A DNA stretch of 20,579 nucleotides, taken from positions 1 through 20,579 of the forward strand of contig NIVC01004316.1 in NCBI GenBank assembly GCA_002269645.1, written 5' to 3'. Source of the DNA: Macrostomum lignano. Its lineage: Eukaryota. Positions 17,700 to 20,579 of this stretch are shown here, piece by piece. The position numbers and the translations under genes were made by a program. The notes under the pieces are model-generated. The model was not told the DNA's origin. It was given only the letters and a program-made list of their open reading frames with translations, and did no database searches. Numbering within the stretch: the stretch's first letter is position 1; every line of letters begins with the position of its first letter.

Positions 17700-20579
17700 C
17701 CGTTTTGCCGCGGTAAATCTGTTGTGCGCGAATTGATTTTTCCTCATGCGTCAATAAACTCGAGATTCTGGCTCAATAACTAACCAATATTATTTGTTAT
17801 TTAAAAAATACTTGATTAACTCGCATTTATTGCACTACAAACAAAAGGGTCACATAATTGTATTATTCTCGTACATGTAGAAATGAAATCTACGTTTTTG
17901 CATTGGAATGTGTCCGATCTGGGACTGGGTGGGCTGACTGTTGTTCAAAGGGCATGTAAACAGTTGCCATTGCAAATTGCCTGTCGCTGTCATCAATTTT
18001 GTATTTTTTCAATTAAGAATTTGCTTATCAGTGTCCATGAATACTGTATGTACATTTACAGTGTACGTCAAGTGTCATGGTATGAATCATAAAATTGAGA
18101 TCTGCATATAATCATTGTATTATAGCATATTGTATGTTGTATTGTAGTTTTTACGACCCAAAGAAATTATCTGATCCGACCTTCTGAGAACGAACGTCAA
18201 GCCTATATCCCAGGAGCCTTGGCTCTTGTTGTCATGGTACTTAAATTGGACCTAATATTCAGCAAAATTTAAACCAAAGGACAAAAAAGAGTTCATTATA
18301 GAAAGCACTTATTAAATGCCAAACAAATAATAATCTTAGAACTCTTTGTTTTTAAAATTAAAAATGTTACTTTTAGCAGTTTTTTAATTAAACTTTGTGA
18401 TACAGTGTTTTTTTTGTTTTTCCACCTTAATTTTTGTAACGCAGTACCGGTTTACGGAGTGTTTAGTTGTGCACACATCCGTCTTTGTTTTGCTCCATCT
18501 TGAGCATGACAACCAGAGAAGACAATCATAAGCTCTCATTTCTATGTCTGGATTTATAAGCACAGTATATATAGTCTATATATATTATTCTATATAACTA
18601 TGTTTCTTATTTAATTCTTTAAATTTTTTTCTTGTCACATTTTGGCCTTACACTAGGCCCTACAATACAACTTAGGCCCCTATAGTATAAGTGGCGCCAG
18701 ATGTATCAGCTGCTTGTCTGCTTGTTGTTTTATAGCTCAACTCCCATGTCATAATTTTGCATGGCTATACTTACACTCGTAGTTTGTGGTCATGCATTAA
18801 TTCAGTTCACTTCTGTGAATGATGTATCTTTTTTAGTGGAGGGCTTATTAATAAAATTCCTTCAACATTAGGCCTTAGCTTAATGCTTAACAGCATTAAC
18901 AACATTAGCTTAATGTAGCTTAATGTTGTTAGCCTAACAACATTAGGGCGAGGGTAGAATTTCAATAATAATAGAGCATAGGCCTAGGCCCTAGGCCTAC
19001 ATTAATGATATAGGCCCTTGCCTAGGTCTAGATCTAGTACTTACTGTGGGGCTAGGCCCTAGTCCTCAATTAAATCACATTGCTAATACTGTGTAGTTAA
19101 TTAATTGATAAAGTCAATTAAAAATCTATTGAGTGTTGGCAGTAGGCCTTTAGGCCTAATAATATAAGTTATAACTCAAACTTTCATAAATCATAGGCCT
19201 ACTACTATTATATATAGACCAGGATGGAATTCTTGTATTTCTTAAGTCAAACAGAATTATGCAATTTTTTTATGGCACGCAAAATATTTTTTATTGGTTG
19301 CAATTTTTTTGGTACTTAGCACGTCACAAAATGGTAAAAACAAGTTTTTTAATGGCTTAGCTACTGCCTGAACCTATAAAAGCTTCATCAATGGTCAATG
19401 AATAATAAATAAAGTAATCAATAAGACAATAACGAAAAATGCATTCTAAGAAAATGTAGTGACTTCAATTTTTCCATCCAAATATGTATGTTAGAGAATG
19501 TTATGAGTTTCTACTTTTTGAGAATTTTTTCGAAATTTTACTTTTGTGCCTTATTTAGTTTTTACTTTTTATTTTTTTCTTTGTGATCTTAGCTAGTAGG
19601 ATTATCTTTTGCAAAATCCAATATCTCAAGCGCACTTTTGCATATATTAAGAATTAGCAATTTTGTCTAAAATTTTGTGTCACATTTTTTCTGGATTTTT
19701 GATGCAAAATTGAATTTTTTTCGCGCAATCGCATAACGCATTATGATTTTTCTGCAAGAATTCCATCCAGGTATATAGATAGTGTATGCTACCATGTTGC
19801 CTTTATTATGCCAAGGCAATATAGTATTTATATAATAATAATAGGCCTATTTAGTCTTATGATCTTATGAAGTTAAATAATAGATAGAATTTCAAAGTTC
19901 AAATAAATTTATAAGAACTAGCTAGGAATGGCATCAATGCTATCTAGACTAGAACAATGAGAGCTGCTCTCATTGTTCTAGTCTAGATAGCATTGATGCC
20001 ATTCCTTTGGTTTATACTTATAGTCCCTAAAATTGGTAAAGATCCTCATAAGAAAGATAACAAAGAAGTAGTTTTAATCATTTCAAACTAATAGGCCCCT
20101 AATCTTAAATCATTTAAATCCTTTTTATTTTTGTTATCAAACAATCAAATGGCAATGCTAACCAGAATAATATAATATAGAGATGTTTATATAGATATAA
20201 CTATTTGATAAAAAGGATCAATAAAAATCAGTTTGGTGAACTGAAAGTAAAAGTTTTTTATATTAGGCCTATATCATTTCATATTCTAGAACTGTTCAAT
20301 GAAGACAATCCTATATATCCACTTTGTTTTGGTTTATAATCATTTGGGTTATTCCACAGTAAGGTCCTATTTATCATGTTTTTGAAATTTAAGCACTTGT
20401 GACTTTTGAACCATAATCAATAGAATAAAGCTACAAAAAGCAATTTGTGTCAAACTTCTAGTTCTATATTTTTATATAGCTGCTTATGAACTCTAAAACA
20501 ACTGAATATAGCAAAGTATAACTATGTTGACAATTGTTATATGACAGTTATCTTAGTTGGTTTAGGATCTTTGGTTCAT
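17700..20579. other. AT-rich non-coding region upstream of gene D, rich in short palindromes and TAGGCC motifs
   Basis: Sharp drop in GC content, no credible ORF, and no recognisable transposase or RT fragments. Confidence 0.7.
19924..20006. repeat. Perfect inverted repeat: 41-bp arms with a 1-nt centre (83-bp palindrome)
   Basis: 19924-19964 (AGGAATGG...ATGAGAGC) is the exact reverse complement of 19966-20006, checked base by base. Confidence 0.97.

Noticed and set aside
17700-20579. Transposable element
   Set aside because: No transposase, RT or helicase remnants, terminal inverted repeats or TSDs could be identified by eye. A RepeatMasker search would be needed.

Overview
This is metazoan (eukaryotic) genomic DNA, not prokaryotic. 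GC-rich, Gln/Ala-rich exons alternate with introns largely filled by tandem repeats, and an AT-rich non-coding tail runs from about 17.7 kb to the end. The style resembles the flatworm Macrostomum lignano, but that is inference only. I reconstruct four tightly packed spliced genes. Gene A (+) is the 3' part of an unknown polyQ/coiled-coil protein (exons 874-1069, 1144-1277, 2524-3348). Gene B (-) is a weakly supported gene missed by the ORF track (exons ~7033-6651, 5893-5830, 5583-5504, 4756 onward). Gene C (+) is a clear type II membrane M28B metallopeptidase of the GCPII/NAALADase family (exons 7315-8142, 8852-9061, 10162-10713, 11579-12366; about 792 aa); all zinc ligands are intact but the substrate pockets are remodelled. 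Gene D (-) encodes a polyQ/polyA protein (exons 16974-15627, 15029-14923, 14584-14551, 14041-13810) with a possible divergent CG-1-like domain. Most long ORFs in the track are translations of minisatellites. Every gene needs at least one single-base correction, nearly always at a 3-nt homopolymer, which most likely reflects long-read assembly error. The most unusual observations are a 12-bp array flanked by duplicated in-frame splice donors (a potentially exonisable (HGAD)n cassette), a different minisatellite in each intron of gene C, and a perfect 83-bp palindrome.
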